Source of the DNA: a bacterium | Lineage (GTDB): Bacteria; Patescibacteriota; Dojkabacteria; JAKAPS01; JAJZLI01 | DNA: 64,000 bases | Direction of reading: 5' to 3' | NCBI GenBank assembly: GCA_021816845.1 | Contig: JAKAWT010000002.1 | Span: 141,724-205,723, forward strand | In this document: one piece after another, positions 40,290-49,960 of the stretch | How the letters are laid out: every line of letters starts with the position of its first letter | How positions within the stretch are numbered: position 1 is the first letter of the stretch | Position numbers and translations under genes: made by a program | Notes under the pieces: model-generated | What the model saw: only the letters and a program-made list of their open reading frames with translations | What the model was told of the DNA's origin: nothing | Databases searched by the model: none

Positions 40290-40742
40290 ATGAATGTAGA
40301 GTCAATACAATATAATCAAGATAGTGATGTAGATACTTTTGTAGTTGAAGATGTTCTTGTTAGAAAAGAATTCGGAGTAGATGGAGTCGTATCAAAGGAG
40401 GTGGTAACATTCCCTGATGGAAAAATACACTCTAGGGAATATTATAGAACAGAAAAAGGAATTATTTCTAAGATAGTGGATTATTATTCTAGTATAGGAA
40501 CGACAGAATCTCTACATGATGACGAGGGACGAATTAGATCAAAAATTTTCAATCCAATTTACGGAGACAGTATTGAACATAGGTATGACAGATATGGTAG
40601 GGTTACTATGGAAATTAGAGTTTCACCTAATGGAGCTTTAAGCACTATTAAATATACTCGTGATAAAGAAGGTAACATAGTGAGGTTAACAAGTATAACT
40701 AAAAGAGAAATTGTAAAAGATATATTTACAAATGCAGACTAA
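40290..40742 (+). CDS. Small cytoplasmic YD-repeat protein, paralog 2
   Basis: Same repeat type (SLHDDEGRIRSKIF; HRYDRYGRVTMEI; YTRDKEGNIVRLT). 150 aa, 15 nt downstream of paralog 1. Confidence 0.5.
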   Translation: MNVESIQYNQDSDVDTFVVEDVLVRKEFGVDGVVSKEVVTFPDGKIHSREYYRTEKGIISKIVDYYSSIGTTESLHDDEGRIRSKIFNPIYGDSIEHRYDRYGRVTMEIRVSPNGALSTIKYTRDKEGNIVRLTSITKREIVKDIFTNAD

Positions 40743-40766
40743 TATTCCTAAAGAAATTGAAAACTG

Positions 40767-41783
40767 TTATTCTTTTTTTAAAGAATTAATTCCCTTATTT
40801 AGTGTTTTTATTATATCTGCTTTGGTTTGGTGAGTTAGAAAACTACATGCGTTTTTATGTCCTCCCCCATTAAAATCCCCAAATTCTCTTAATCTAAATA
40901 AATCTAATTCATTAGAATAAGGATTCCCTCTGATTGATAGTATAGTAAAATCTTGTTGTTCACTAGCAATAATAAATATTGAATAATCTTTAAATGTTGT
41001 TTGAAAATTGTTTCTATACATATCCCTAATTTGTTTTAAATCTTCATTATTTATTTTTAATTTTTTCATCATAGTTTTACTTATATAAAGTAATATATAT
41101 CTAGGTCTTTTATGGAATACTGTCCTTTTTATAAACTCAATTAGATATGGTACCTGCTTTTCAGTAGTATTATCAAAATATTGGTCCATTAATTTTTGAT
41201 AGTCAACGCCAATCTCTAAAAGATCAGATGTATACCTTAGTGTTTTTGGGGTTATTTGCCATCTAAAAAATCCTGTATCTGAGGCTATTGCATAATATAA
41301 AAGTTCAGCTTCTTCAACTGTAGGAATATAACCTTCACTTTTCAAAAATTCATATAAAAGTTCTCCCGTTGAGGATGCACCTTCATCATAAATACTATAC
41401 TTTGCATATTGTTGGTTTGATGCGTGATGGTCTATAGCTATAATAGGTGTACCTGGTGGAAAATGGAAATCAGGATATTTTTCGCTACTGTACACTTGAG
41501 ATAGATTACCAGTATCTACAGTCATTATAAGGTCATATTGTGATAAATCTAATTTTGCTATGTTTGCAGGTTTTATCTCGTCAATGAAACTTAGAAAATT
41601 GAACCTAGCATCTATTCTTTTATTTGAATATAAATCAGCTATCTTGTATAGACTTTCTAGATACCTTCTTAAAACTATACCAGAACCAATGCTATCACCA
41701 TCAGGTTGAGACATTAATATTAATATCTTATCTGATTTTACTATTAAGTCTTTTATTTTTTTTATATTATCTTTATTATCCAT
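40767..41783 (-). CDS. DHH-family phosphoesterase (NrnA-like oligoribonuclease / pAp phosphatase)
   Basis: DHH motifs (DGDSIGSG; IAIDHHASN) and a C-terminal DHHA1-like GGGH (FNGGGHKNA). Confidence 0.75.
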   Translation of the reverse strand: MDNKDNIKKIKDLIVKSDKILILMSQPDGDSIGSGIVLRRYLESLYKIADLYSNKRIDARFNFLSFIDEIKPANIAKLDLSQYDLIMTVDTGNLSQVYSSEKYPDFHFPPGTPIIAIDHHASNQQYAKYSIYDEGASSTGELLYEFLKSEGYIPTVEEAELLYYAIASDTGFFRWQITPKTLRYTSDLLEIGVDYQKLMDQYFDNTTEKQVPYLIEFIKRTVFHKRPRYILLYISKTMMKKLKINNEDLKQIRDMYRNNFQTTFKDYSIFIIASEQQDFTILSIRGNPYSNELDLFRLREFGDFNGGGHKNACSFLTHQTKADIIKTLNKGINSLKKE

Positions 41784-41797
41784 TTAATTTAGATCCA

Positions 41798-42652
41798 TTA
41801 TTTTGTACTCTCTACCCTAACCCAAATATCTTTGAATTTCAATTTTCTAATTCTAATATCTATAGTAATAATTAACCATAGGTATATTCTCATTAAAAAA
41901 AGACACATTAGATAGTAGTATTCCTTTATATTTTTTGGGTATTTAAAAAATAACTTAATACCCCCTATAGCCTCCTTCTTAAAACTCCTAGTTTTAACTT
42001 CTATATATTTTTGTGTGTAACCTCCTGTCGATCTACGCTTTTGTTTTAACCAATCACTAATTGTAGTTGGATATTTTACATAAACTTTAGCTTTGTCAGT
42101 ATACCTTATTTTATATCCTTTAGTATATATTTTATATGAAATATATCCATCTTCAGAGAATATATCTTTTGGTATTTTTCCTATTAATGATTTTCTTACA
42201 GCCATTAAATATCCTGTTCCTTCAAAATATTCTCCATTTCTATTTTTTTCTTCACGCATTGAATTTGCAGCAAAAACAAGAAAATGTGACCAGAACCCAA
42301 GCATAGAATTTCTATTATTTACTGATATAACTTTTCCTGTTACAAGACCGGTTTTACTATCAAAAAGTTTTGTGATCTCTTTTAGTGCATTATTTGATAC
42401 ATATACATCTCCATCAGTCAAAAAAATGATTTCTTCTTTTATCTTTGAGAATGCTAAATTTAAAGCTTGAGGTTTACCTTTTCCTTTATCTTGTATAATT
42501 TTTATTGTTTTAACTTCGAGACTTTTATTTTTTAATTCTAAATCTTTGTTTGGGGTTACTATGTATATAGGTACTTTGTAGGAAGAAAATGATTTAATAG
42601 CCTTATTTATATCTTCTTTTCCGGAAGTTGTTATTAATACAGAAAAATTCAT
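41798..42652 (-). CDS. Family 2 glycosyltransferase (non-processive)
   Basis: GT-A fold: LITTSGKED..., DxD motif FLTDGDVYV. Confidence 0.65.
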   Translation of the reverse strand: MNFSVLITTSGKEDINKAIKSFSSYKVPIYIVTPNKDLELKNKSLEVKTIKIIQDKGKGKPQALNLAFSKIKEEIIFLTDGDVYVSNNALKEITKLFDSKTGLVTGKVISVNNRNSMLGFWSHFLVFAANSMREEKNRNGEYFEGTGYLMAVRKSLIGKIPKDIFSEDGYISYKIYTKGYKIRYTDKAKVYVKYPTTISDWLKQKRRSTGGYTQKYIEVKTRSFKKEAIGGIKLFFKYPKNIKEYYYLMCLFLMRIYLWLIITIDIRIRKLKFKDIWVRVESTK

Positions 42653-42736
42653 ATAAGGATTATATAATATTTATGGTTTTAATGCTATTTTAGAACATTA
42701 AAAGGTTTAAAATAATTTTATTGTTTTATGCTATAT

Positions 42737-43078
42737 TTAAGGTGTTGCAGAAATAGTAGTTCCATTTTTTAGCTTAAGGAGATATTCTACTGTATTATTG
42801 CTATTAGTGCTTTTTCTAATTGTTGCATCTAGTTTTTTTGCTAATTTACATATTTTTTCAGGGCTTTTGCAAGTATTTATTTTTTTTGTTGTATTTATAG
42901 AATTTGTAGGTTTTTTAAATGCTATAACAAAAAATATCAAAGATAGAGTAATGAATAACATAATTCCCAATATGATTATTGTATTAACTTGCCACTTTTG
43001 TATACCTCCTATATTTTCTATATTTGTGGTTTTTATATTTTCACCTTTACTTGTATTGTTCATATTAACGATTCTCAA
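42737..43078 (-). CDS. Small membrane-anchored hypothetical protein
   Basis: 113 aa, single TM (IIILGIMLFITLSLIFFVIAF). Start overlaps the xth stop (ATGA). Confidence 0.35.
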   Translation of the reverse strand: MRIVNMNNTSKGENIKTTNIENIGGIQKWQVNTIIILGIMLFITLSLIFFVIAFKKPTNSINTTKKINTCKSPEKICKLAKKLDATIRKSTNSNNTVEYLLKLKNGTTISATP

Positions 43079-43884
43079 AACTCTATATTACAGCCAACAG
43101 GGCAATGGTCAGAACCATATATCTCATTATATATTGTACTATTTATTAAATTCTTCTTTAAATTTTTACTTATCATTATATAGTCAATTCTCCATCCTAC
43201 ATTCCTTTCTCTTGCGCGTGATATAGGATCCCACCATGTATAATTATCAGGTTCTTTATTAAAATGTCTGAATGAGTCTATAAATCCCAAATCTATAAAA
43301 GCGTCCATAACTTTTCTTTCTTCTGGTAAGAATCCAGAGATATTACTATTTGCTTCTGGTCTTTTTAAATCTATAGCTTTATGTGCAATATTAAAATCTC
43401 CCATGACGATTATTTTTTCTCCCTTATCTAACAGAGTCTTTAGATACACCATCAATTCTTCAAAAAATTTCATTTTATAATTTAATCTTATAGAATCTTT
43501 TTTTCCATTTGGAAAGTATATATTAAAAAGTCTGAATTCATCATATATAGTTTCAATTACTCTTCCCTCAATATCAAATTTATCTATACCAATACCTAGT
43601 TTAAAATCTTTGGGTTTTTTGCTAGAGAATGTTGCTACCCCACTATATCCTTTTCTGTCTGCAGAGTTATATATTGTATGATATCTATTAAAACATTTCG
43701 GTAATTCTTTAAGTTGATTTTTTTCTACCTTTATCTCTTGTAATCCTAAGATATCAGGTTTTTCTTTTTCTATAAATTCATCAATTCCCTTCTTTAGAAT
43801 GGCTCTAAAACCGTTTACGTTCCATGAAATTATTTTATACCTACTCATAATTCCTATTATATTAGAAAACTTTTTTTTTATCAC
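43075..43884 (-). CDS. xth: Exodeoxyribonuclease III (AP endonuclease, EEP family)
   Basis: N-terminal KIISWNVNGFRA (WNxNG). EEP motifs (ILGLQEIK; MGDFNIAH; SDHCPV). Confidence 0.85.
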   Translation of the reverse strand: MIKKKFSNIIGIMSRYKIISWNVNGFRAILKKGIDEFIEKEKPDILGLQEIKVEKNQLKELPKCFNRYHTIYNSADRKGYSGVATFSSKKPKDFKLGIGIDKFDIEGRVIETIYDEFRLFNIYFPNGKKDSIRLNYKMKFFEELMVYLKTLLDKGEKIIVMGDFNIAHKAIDLKRPEANSNISGFLPEERKVMDAFIDLGFIDSFRHFNKEPDNYTWWDPISRARERNVGWRIDYIMISKNLKKNLINSTIYNEIYGSDHCPVGCNIEF

Positions 43885-43918
43885 TATACTAGACTTTTTT
43901 TAGAAAAACCATTATGAT

Positions 43919-44359
43919 ATGTTCATGAATCCAAATATACCAAATATGTATCCCCCAATTAATCAGAATAATCAAGGTCAACAAAACCAAGCTTATCAAC
44001 CTCAACAACCTCAGGAGGTTGATGACCCTATATTGTCTGTAAATATGGCTGTTAGGACTATGACTATATTAAGACCTATATCTCCAATACAGTATAATAT
44101 TCAGGCTAGATCTATTGAGAAAGTCACTTTACATTTGCACGGCATTACGAAAAGTATTGAAGTTATAGGAGTGAAAACTATTGATCAAGTTAATATAGAA
44201 CAGGGAATATTTTTTGGTAGGGTTAGAATAATACATATGGACAAGAGTGAAATTAGAATAGATCAAATATCAAAATCAAACGCTATGAAAGTGAAAACTT
44301 TCTTCGAACAGGTTGTAGCATTCCAAAGAAGTCATGTTGTGAACGTAACTGGGGACTAG
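43919..44359 (+). CDS. Hypothetical protein with Q/N-rich prion-like N-terminus
   Basis: Residues 1-33 MFMNPNIPNMYPPINQNNQGQQNQAYQPQQPQ; C-terminal about 110 aa predicted beta-rich domain. Confidence 0.35.
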   Translation: MFMNPNIPNMYPPINQNNQGQQNQAYQPQQPQEVDDPILSVNMAVRTMTILRPISPIQYNIQARSIEKVTLHLHGITKSIEVIGVKTIDQVNIEQGIFFGRVRIIHMDKSEIRIDQISKSNAMKVKTFFEQVVAFQRSHVVNVTGD

Positions 44360-44369
44360 TTTTTCTAGA

Positions 44370-45362
44370 TTAATCAATATTCACATACATCAATTTTTTA
44401 TACTTATCCCTATGTTCTCTAATATCTTTTTTGAGTTTGAGATCATAATCAAGAGAATATTCTACTTTCTGATTATTTATAAATTTAGCATTCACGAATC
44501 TTACTTTATTAATTATTTTATATTTATAATTTTTTAAAGATATTTGTTTTCGTGATACCTGTTTTGGTTTTAAATCTTTATTTAGTTTGCTAATTAATAA
44601 ATTGATTTTAGTATCTTTAGTTTTTTTTATTTTATTAAAAACATATTGATCATATTCTAATAAATCACTCTCTTTTATTATGGATAGTTTTAAAGCTCTC
44701 TTTATAACATCAGAAAGGATATAATATGAAGTTCTGTTAACAATATTGTTGTATATATTTATATCTAGATTGAGAAAATCTCTGCTATATTCTATTGCTA
44801 TATCCTTATCATCAAACATTATTTCATTGTTATACTTTATTAAATGTTTGAAATATTTTTTTGCTTTACTTTTCTTATTTTGGTATACATATAAACTTCT
44901 TAGAGAATAGTCTATTCTGTCTGCACAAATATCAGGTAATGGTTTTTCAAGAAGAGTAAAATTTTTTTCATTCTCTATATAGTCTACATTAAGATTATAC
45001 TTTTTTAAAATGTTAAGAATATTAGATTTATATATGTAATCTTTTTTTATAAGCTCGTGATAGCTTTCTTTGTTTTCATCTTTTTTATATACAACATCTC
45101 CAACATGTGAGAATGCAGTATGCGAGATATCATGTAGGAGTGCTGCTATTTGTTCATTCAGAGAACCACCAAGATATCTTATTAAAAGCATACATCCAAT
45201 TGAGTGATCATATCTTGAAAAATCTTTATGAATTTTTAAAATATCAATAGTTCCGCCTTGTGTTACTTTTTTTAATCTTATGATACTTGGATCTTTTAAA
45301 AGTTCTACAATAACTTTGTCTTCAATTTTAAATTGACCATATATAGAATCTCTTACTATCAT
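44370..45362 (-). CDS. HD-domain phosphohydrolase, SAMHD1/dGTPase-like (COG1078-type)
   Basis: Motifs RYDHSIGCMLL, LLHDISHTAFSH (HD), DRIDYSLRS, matching dNTP triphosphohydrolase-type HD proteins; 330 aa. Confidence 0.65.
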   Translation of the reverse strand: MIVRDSIYGQFKIEDKVIVELLKDPSIIRLKKVTQGGTIDILKIHKDFSRYDHSIGCMLLIRYLGGSLNEQIAALLHDISHTAFSHVGDVVYKKDENKESYHELIKKDYIYKSNILNILKKYNLNVDYIENEKNFTLLEKPLPDICADRIDYSLRSLYVYQNKKSKAKKYFKHLIKYNNEIMFDDKDIAIEYSRDFLNLDINIYNNIVNRTSYYILSDVIKRALKLSIIKESDLLEYDQYVFNKIKKTKDTKINLLISKLNKDLKPKQVSRKQISLKNYKYKIINKVRFVNAKFINNQKVEYSLDYDLKLKKDIREHRDKYKKLMYVNID

Positions 45363-45401
45363 GATGTAGTATAGATAAAATAGATTTTTATTACAATAAA
45401 A

Positions 45402-45995
45402 TCAGGATCTGTATTTTTCTATTGCCATTTTCAAAACAATTTGTTCTTGTTTTGGTAATTTTACTTTTGGGTCTATAGTTGGATTTAATATTCTTTCTAA
45501 TAATTGTATTTCTGGAGTTTGTCTATGATATCCTCTTATATCTACCTCTTCATCCCCTTTATCTATATATATCTCTGGTATTCCTATTCTCCTGTTTTCC
45601 AATATACCATTCTTCAAATCTTCTCCAATAGAGTGGAATTTTAATTTATCTAATTCTGTTAAATCAAAAATTATTCTGTATAAATGGGTATTATTTTCAT
45701 CAGCATTATCTGTAAAGACCATTTCCATTTTTGTGTATTTTAATTTGTTAGGATCTATTATGTGTTTTACTTTATAAACGTATCCACTTAATGAGACTGC
45801 AAAACCTTTTTTTGATATAGTTCTTGTAACTTCAAAATTAAATATTCCTGGTATTTCTGGATCTTCTATTGTTTTAACTTGTGGCGGAATTTTTCTTAAA
45901 TCAAGATACATATCAAATAAAGATCTATATATCTCTTCTGTTGGATAAGTATTTCTTTCTATAGGTCTATTTGTAAAATCTTCTTGCTCATTCAT
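45402..45995 (-). CDS. Hypothetical protein (upstream partner of HD phosphohydrolase)
   Basis: 197 aa ORF, no recognised motifs; 39-nt spacer to the HD gene on the same strand. Confidence 0.35.
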   Translation of the reverse strand: MNEQEDFTNRPIERNTYPTEEIYRSLFDMYLDLRKIPPQVKTIEDPEIPGIFNFEVTRTISKKGFAVSLSGYVYKVKHIIDPNKLKYTKMEMVFTDNADENNTHLYRIIFDLTELDKLKFHSIGEDLKNGILENRRIGIPEIYIDKGDEEVDIRGYHRQTPEIQLLERILNPTIDPKVKLPKQEQIVLKMAIEKYRS

Positions 45996-46090
45996 AATAT
46001 ATATTTAAAAGGATTATACTAAACCTATAATATATTGTCAAAAAAACAATATTTTTATTCTTTATCTAAATAATATATTATATATACATA

Positions 46091-46744
46091 ATGGTTTATA
46101 ATGAAACTGATTTAACAATATATTTGATTAGACATGCAGAGGCTACTAACAATATACATCCTGAATTTATATCTGGTAGGACTTATACTGCAGAATTAAC
46201 TAAGAGAGGTATAGAACAGAGTATTTTTTTGGGAGAGAGATTGCTAAAAGATAATATTTTTTTCAATACTGTTTATTCATCACCAATAAAAAGAGCTTTA
46301 GATACAGCAAATATTGTATCAACAATATTGTCTATAAAAACCAATGCTATCATAAAGGTAGACTCACTAGAGGAGCTTGATTTTGGAGATTGGGAAGGTA
46401 GACCAGCTAGTACTATATACACAAAAGAGATACTTAAATCTATTAAGGATCATGGAGATTTTTTTACACCACCAAATGGGGAATCAAAAGCTATGGTAGA
46501 GAGAAGAGTATCAGAATGGTTTGATACCACAATTTTAAAGAATAAGAAATATTTGAATTCAAAAACAAAGATTGCTATATTCACACATAGTTTTGTTATA
46601 AATGTTCTCCTACATCATATATTAAAGTTTGATGATAGAGCTATATCTAGGATAGAAACTTCCCCATCCAGTGTATCTATTCTCCATTACAAAGACGACA
46701 GCTTTTCTGTAGTATCAGTTAATGATATTTGTCATCTTGCTTGA
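46091..46744 (+). CDS. Histidine phosphatase superfamily (phosphoglycerate-mutase-like) protein
   Basis: Catalytic RHAE motif (IYLIRHAEATNN), second His region (IFTHSFVIN). Confidence 0.7.
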   Translation: MVYNETDLTIYLIRHAEATNNIHPEFISGRTYTAELTKRGIEQSIFLGERLLKDNIFFNTVYSSPIKRALDTANIVSTILSIKTNAIIKVDSLEELDFGDWEGRPASTIYTKEILKSIKDHGDFFTPPNGESKAMVERRVSEWFDTTILKNKKYLNSKTKIAIFTHSFVINVLLHHILKFDDRAISRIETSPSSVSILHYKDDSFSVVSVNDICHLA

Positions 46745-46749
46745 TGAGT

Positions 46750-47334
46750 CTAATTTTTAAGTCTACTTTCTCTTGGCTCTTTTAGTGTTTTTGCCCACCA
46801 CTCAATATCTTCTATAGTTGCATCAAGATGTGCTGCTTCTTTTGTTTCTTCTTTTAAAAGCCCTTTATCATCAATTTGAGTGAATATTAAAGGAATATGT
46901 ACAGATGAACGTATAGGAATCATTTGAAGTTCAATTAAGACTAATCTTAATTGTTCTACAGCTCTAATACCACCAGATATACCTCCATATGACACAAATG
47001 TTGCAGGTTTTAATCTCCATTCATTATAAAACGTGTCAATCATATTCTTTAGTACTCCAGTATAGCCATGGTTATATTCGGGCATTACAAAAATAAAACC
47101 ATCAGCTTCATTTATTTTTTTTGATAATTTTTCTAAATCTCCAGTGTATCCAGGATTATCCATATATGTAGGATTCATAGCTAAATTAAAAAATGGAATA
47201 TTATATTCCTTGAGATCTATCCCCTCTACATTAATGTTAGGATTTTTTGAAGCCTCATTAACTACCCAGCTAAAAACTTTTTCTCCTAATCTATTATCTC
47301 TTGTACTGCCTAAAATTATTTTTATATTTGTCAT
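46750..47334 (-). CDS. NAD(P)H-dependent FMN reductase / flavodoxin-like fold protein
   Basis: IKIILGSTRDNRLGEKV... and FVMPEYNHGYTGVLKNMID match the NADPH-dependent FMN reductase family. Confidence 0.7.
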   Translation of the reverse strand: MTNIKIILGSTRDNRLGEKVFSWVVNEASKNPNINVEGIDLKEYNIPFFNLAMNPTYMDNPGYTGDLEKLSKKINEADGFIFVMPEYNHGYTGVLKNMIDTFYNEWRLKPATFVSYGGISGGIRAVEQLRLVLIELQMIPIRSSVHIPLIFTQIDDKGLLKEETKEAAHLDATIEDIEWWAKTLKEPRESRLKN

Positions 47335-47441
47335 AATTCTCCTCCTTAACCTAAGTTCTTAGACTTTGGTCCTCTAAAATAAATATATCTTAGTATACAT
47401 TTTATACTTCATTTTGTAAAGTACTTACAAAAAGTATAGTA

Positions 47442-47777
47442 TTGAAATTCTTTATTTTGTGGTATAATATATCTTTAATGAACATCAATTGTGGAGTAGA
47501 AAAGACAATGAAAATAATAGGCAAGAAATGGTCTATCCTTATACTTCGTGATCTTTTTGATGGGAAGAGAAGATTCTCTCAACTTCTTTTATCTTTAGAT
47601 GATATTTCTCCAAGAACTTTATCTTTAAGGTTAAAAGAGTTCGAAAAAAATAAAATTATTACTAAAAAGGTTTATAAGGAAATACCATTACATGTAGAAT
47701 ACTCTCTTACTAAGAAAGGTGAATCACTACACGAAATTATAAAAGACCTAAGATGTTGGGGTGAAGAGTTTGGCTAA
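47442..47777 (+). CDS. HxlR-family winged-helix transcriptional regulator
   Basis: CGVEKTMKIIGKKWSILILRDLFDGKRRFSQL matches the HxlR signature (CPxExxLxxIGGKWxxxIL). Divergent from the FMN reductase gene, the classic HxlR target arrangement. Start may be ATG 47478. Confidence 0.75.
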   Translation: MKFFILWYNISLMNINCGVEKTMKIIGKKWSILILRDLFDGKRRFSQLLLSLDDISPRTLSLRLKEFEKNKIITKKVYKEIPLHVEYSLTKKGESLHEIIKDLRCWGEEFG

Positions 47778-47791
47778 ACTGGTTTAGGAAA

Positions 47792-48529
47792 CTAGTTTCT
47801 TAAAAATTCTAAAGTTCTCTCCAATGAGTCATCTGCTGCCTCCTTGTTATACATGTTTTTATTCGTATCATTAAAGAAAGCATGCCCACAGTTTTTATAT
47901 ATTACATATTGAAACTCTTTGTTATACTCATCCATTTTAGCTTGTATAGAACTCACTGAATCTACAAGATCTTTATCGTGTTCTCCATAGAATGCAAGAA
48001 TAGGAGTATTTAAATCTTTTATACTATCTAGATTAGTAGGAAATCTGCCATAGTAAGGTATGGCTCTTTTTAAACCTTTCTCTCTTAGTGCTAATGAGTA
48101 AGCATAAGTGCCCCCAAAACAAAATCCTATTATAGAGACATTTCCATCTGTATTGTCATTATTTTTTAAATATTCAAAACAATCTTCAAGCTTATTTGTC
48201 GTAATCTCTCCAAATTCTTTTGAGTTTATAGGAGCCAAGATTTCTCTCATCTTTTTTTGTGCCTCATCTTTCTTTTCTGGATCTCTCATTTCATCTAATA
48301 TACTTTGATCTATTTTCCCTTCTATACCAGTTCCACTAAGTAGGTCAGGAGCAAGAACCACAAAACCTTCATTTTTATATCTTTCTGCAACATCTTTAAT
48401 ATGATCATTTAATCCCCATATTTCATGAACAATAATTAAGACTTCATGTTTGAGCTCATCATCTGGATAAGTAAAATAACAAGGGATTGGTCCTTCTTTG
48501 GTATCTATATTAATCATTTTATTATTCAT
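47792..48529 (-). CDS. Dienelactone hydrolase family alpha/beta hydrolase
   Basis: Nucleophile elbow GFCFGG, DLH-like length and HEIWGLNDHIKDVAERY region. Confidence 0.65.
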   Translation of the reverse strand: MNNKMINIDTKEGPIPCYFTYPDDELKHEVLIIVHEIWGLNDHIKDVAERYKNEGFVVLAPDLLSGTGIEGKIDQSILDEMRDPEKKDEAQKKMREILAPINSKEFGEITTNKLEDCFEYLKNNDNTDGNVSIIGFCFGGTYAYSLALREKGLKRAIPYYGRFPTNLDSIKDLNTPILAFYGEHDKDLVDSVSSIQAKMDEYNKEFQYVIYKNCGHAFFNDTNKNMYNKEAADDSLERTLEFLRN

Positions 48530-48570
48530 ACCTATAGATAGTATGTATACTATATTAATAACAGATTAAT

Positions 48571-49284
48571 TTAGTCTCTTATTTGGATTTTTATAAAGGC
48601 TTCAGCATACTTATATTTTCTTGATTCTCTACCTACCATCTCACTCATCATCATTATATGTGACTTCAGGTTCTCAAAATTATCATACTGACTTTTATGC
48701 TGTTTCAACGCTTCAATTTTTAATTCTAAAGTATCATTTATATCAATAAACGTATTAAGTCCATCTCTATCAAAACTAACTAGATACAACTCTTTTACTT
48801 TGTGAGGTTCTAGACCTTCTTTTAGAAGCTCTGGATATGACATTAGGTTTCTTGAATATGGGAATACAGAAAACATTGTAGCTTTTCCTGCTTCAATATG
48901 ATCGGGATGGTTGATATATCCAAATTCAGCATTATATAAAATTTTAGGATCCATTGTTATTACAATATCAGGTTTTATAGTCCTTATGATCCTTACTATT
49001 TTCTCCCTCACTTCATCGTTATCCTTCAACTCACCATCTTTAAAATGACCAAAAAATACCTCTTTAACTCCCAATACCTTTGCTGCATTCTGCTCTTCAC
49101 TTGCTCTTATTTTTGCAAGATCACGGCTTTTAGTACCTTCAATATTTGATCCCCTACTTCCATCTGTTAGAATAAGGTAATATGCGATAGCACCTTCCTT
49201 AATCCATTTTGATATTGTTCCAGAGCATCCAAACTCTAGATCGTCTTCATGTGCAGATACAGCCAAAATAATTTTATCTTTCAT
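48571..49284 (-). CDS. PIG-L/LmbE family N-acetylglucosaminyl deacetylase
   Basis: Zinc-binding motifs AVSAHEDDLEFGCSGT and HPDH. Confidence 0.75.
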   Translation of the reverse strand: MKDKIILAVSAHEDDLEFGCSGTISKWIKEGAIAYYLILTDGSRGSNIEGTKSRDLAKIRASEEQNAAKVLGVKEVFFGHFKDGELKDNDEVREKIVRIIRTIKPDIVITMDPKILYNAEFGYINHPDHIEAGKATMFSVFPYSRNLMSYPELLKEGLEPHKVKELYLVSFDRDGLNTFIDINDTLELKIEALKQHKSQYDNFENLKSHIMMMSEMVGRESRKYKYAEAFIKIQIRD

Positions 49285-49323
49285 TATATTCTTAAAAAAA
49301 TAATTGGATTGTTTACCTTAGTC

Positions 49324-49530
49324 TTATCCTATCCTCTCTTCGAGTGCTTCATCTATAATATCCTTCATGTCCCTTGGGTCTCCTCTTTCTCTTGCTTGTT
49401 GCACTATGTTTAACAGTGGTTCCGGAATATTAAAGCTAGGGTTTTCTCCTCTATACTTTTTATGACGGAATATCGGCCTATTAACACGAATGCCTATAGG
49501 TGGTAATGGTTCAAATCTTTCACTCTCCAT
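49324..49530 (-). CDS. Small hypothetical protein (68 aa)
   Basis: ORF only; basic N-terminal half, acidic helical C-terminus (DMKDIIDEALEERIG). Confidence 0.3.
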   Translation of the reverse strand: MESERFEPLPPIGIRVNRPIFRHKKYRGENPSFNIPEPLLNIVQQARERGDPRDMKDIIDEALEERIG

Positions 49531-49597
49531 AATTCGTATTATAATACAATTCTCTATAAATATTCAATTACTGGTTCTTCTTAATCCCACATACATA

Positions 49598-49921
49598 TCA
49601 TTCCAGTATCATACTTCTATTTAATAGTGCATAATAACCTTCATATAGAACTCCAAATAGAGTCTCTGATAACTTATCATTCATATGGTGTGCTCTATCC
49701 TGAGAATTCTTAGATAACACAGATAGTTCTACCAATATATCATCTAAACTTGTGTCTGATTTGAATAATTCTGTCTGAAGAGATACTAGTAATACTCCAA
49801 CTTGATGTCCCAAAGCTTTATTTTCAGTGTCACTATATATTTGTGATACTTCATGAAATTTAGATCGGATACTATCTATCGGTGATTTCTCTTGTACTTG
49901 TAATGCTGTTTCTTGCTCCAT
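49598..49921 (-). CDS. Small hypothetical helical protein (107 aa)
   Basis: ORF only; upstream of the 68-aa ORF on the same strand. Confidence 0.3.
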   Translation of the reverse strand: MEQETALQVQEKSPIDSIRSKFHEVSQIYSDTENKALGHQVGVLLVSLQTELFKSDTSLDDILVELSVLSKNSQDRAHHMNDKLSETLFGVLYEGYYALLNRSMILE

Positions 49922-49960
49922 ACTGTATTATATAATAAAATAAATTAGTATAATGATATC

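Noticed and set aside
42798-43226. 142-aa plus-strand ORF overlapping xth and the small membrane gene
   Set aside because: It is antisense to exodeoxyribonuclease III, which has clear EEP motifs. The translation is an Ile/Phe/Leu-rich artefact of AT-rich DNA.
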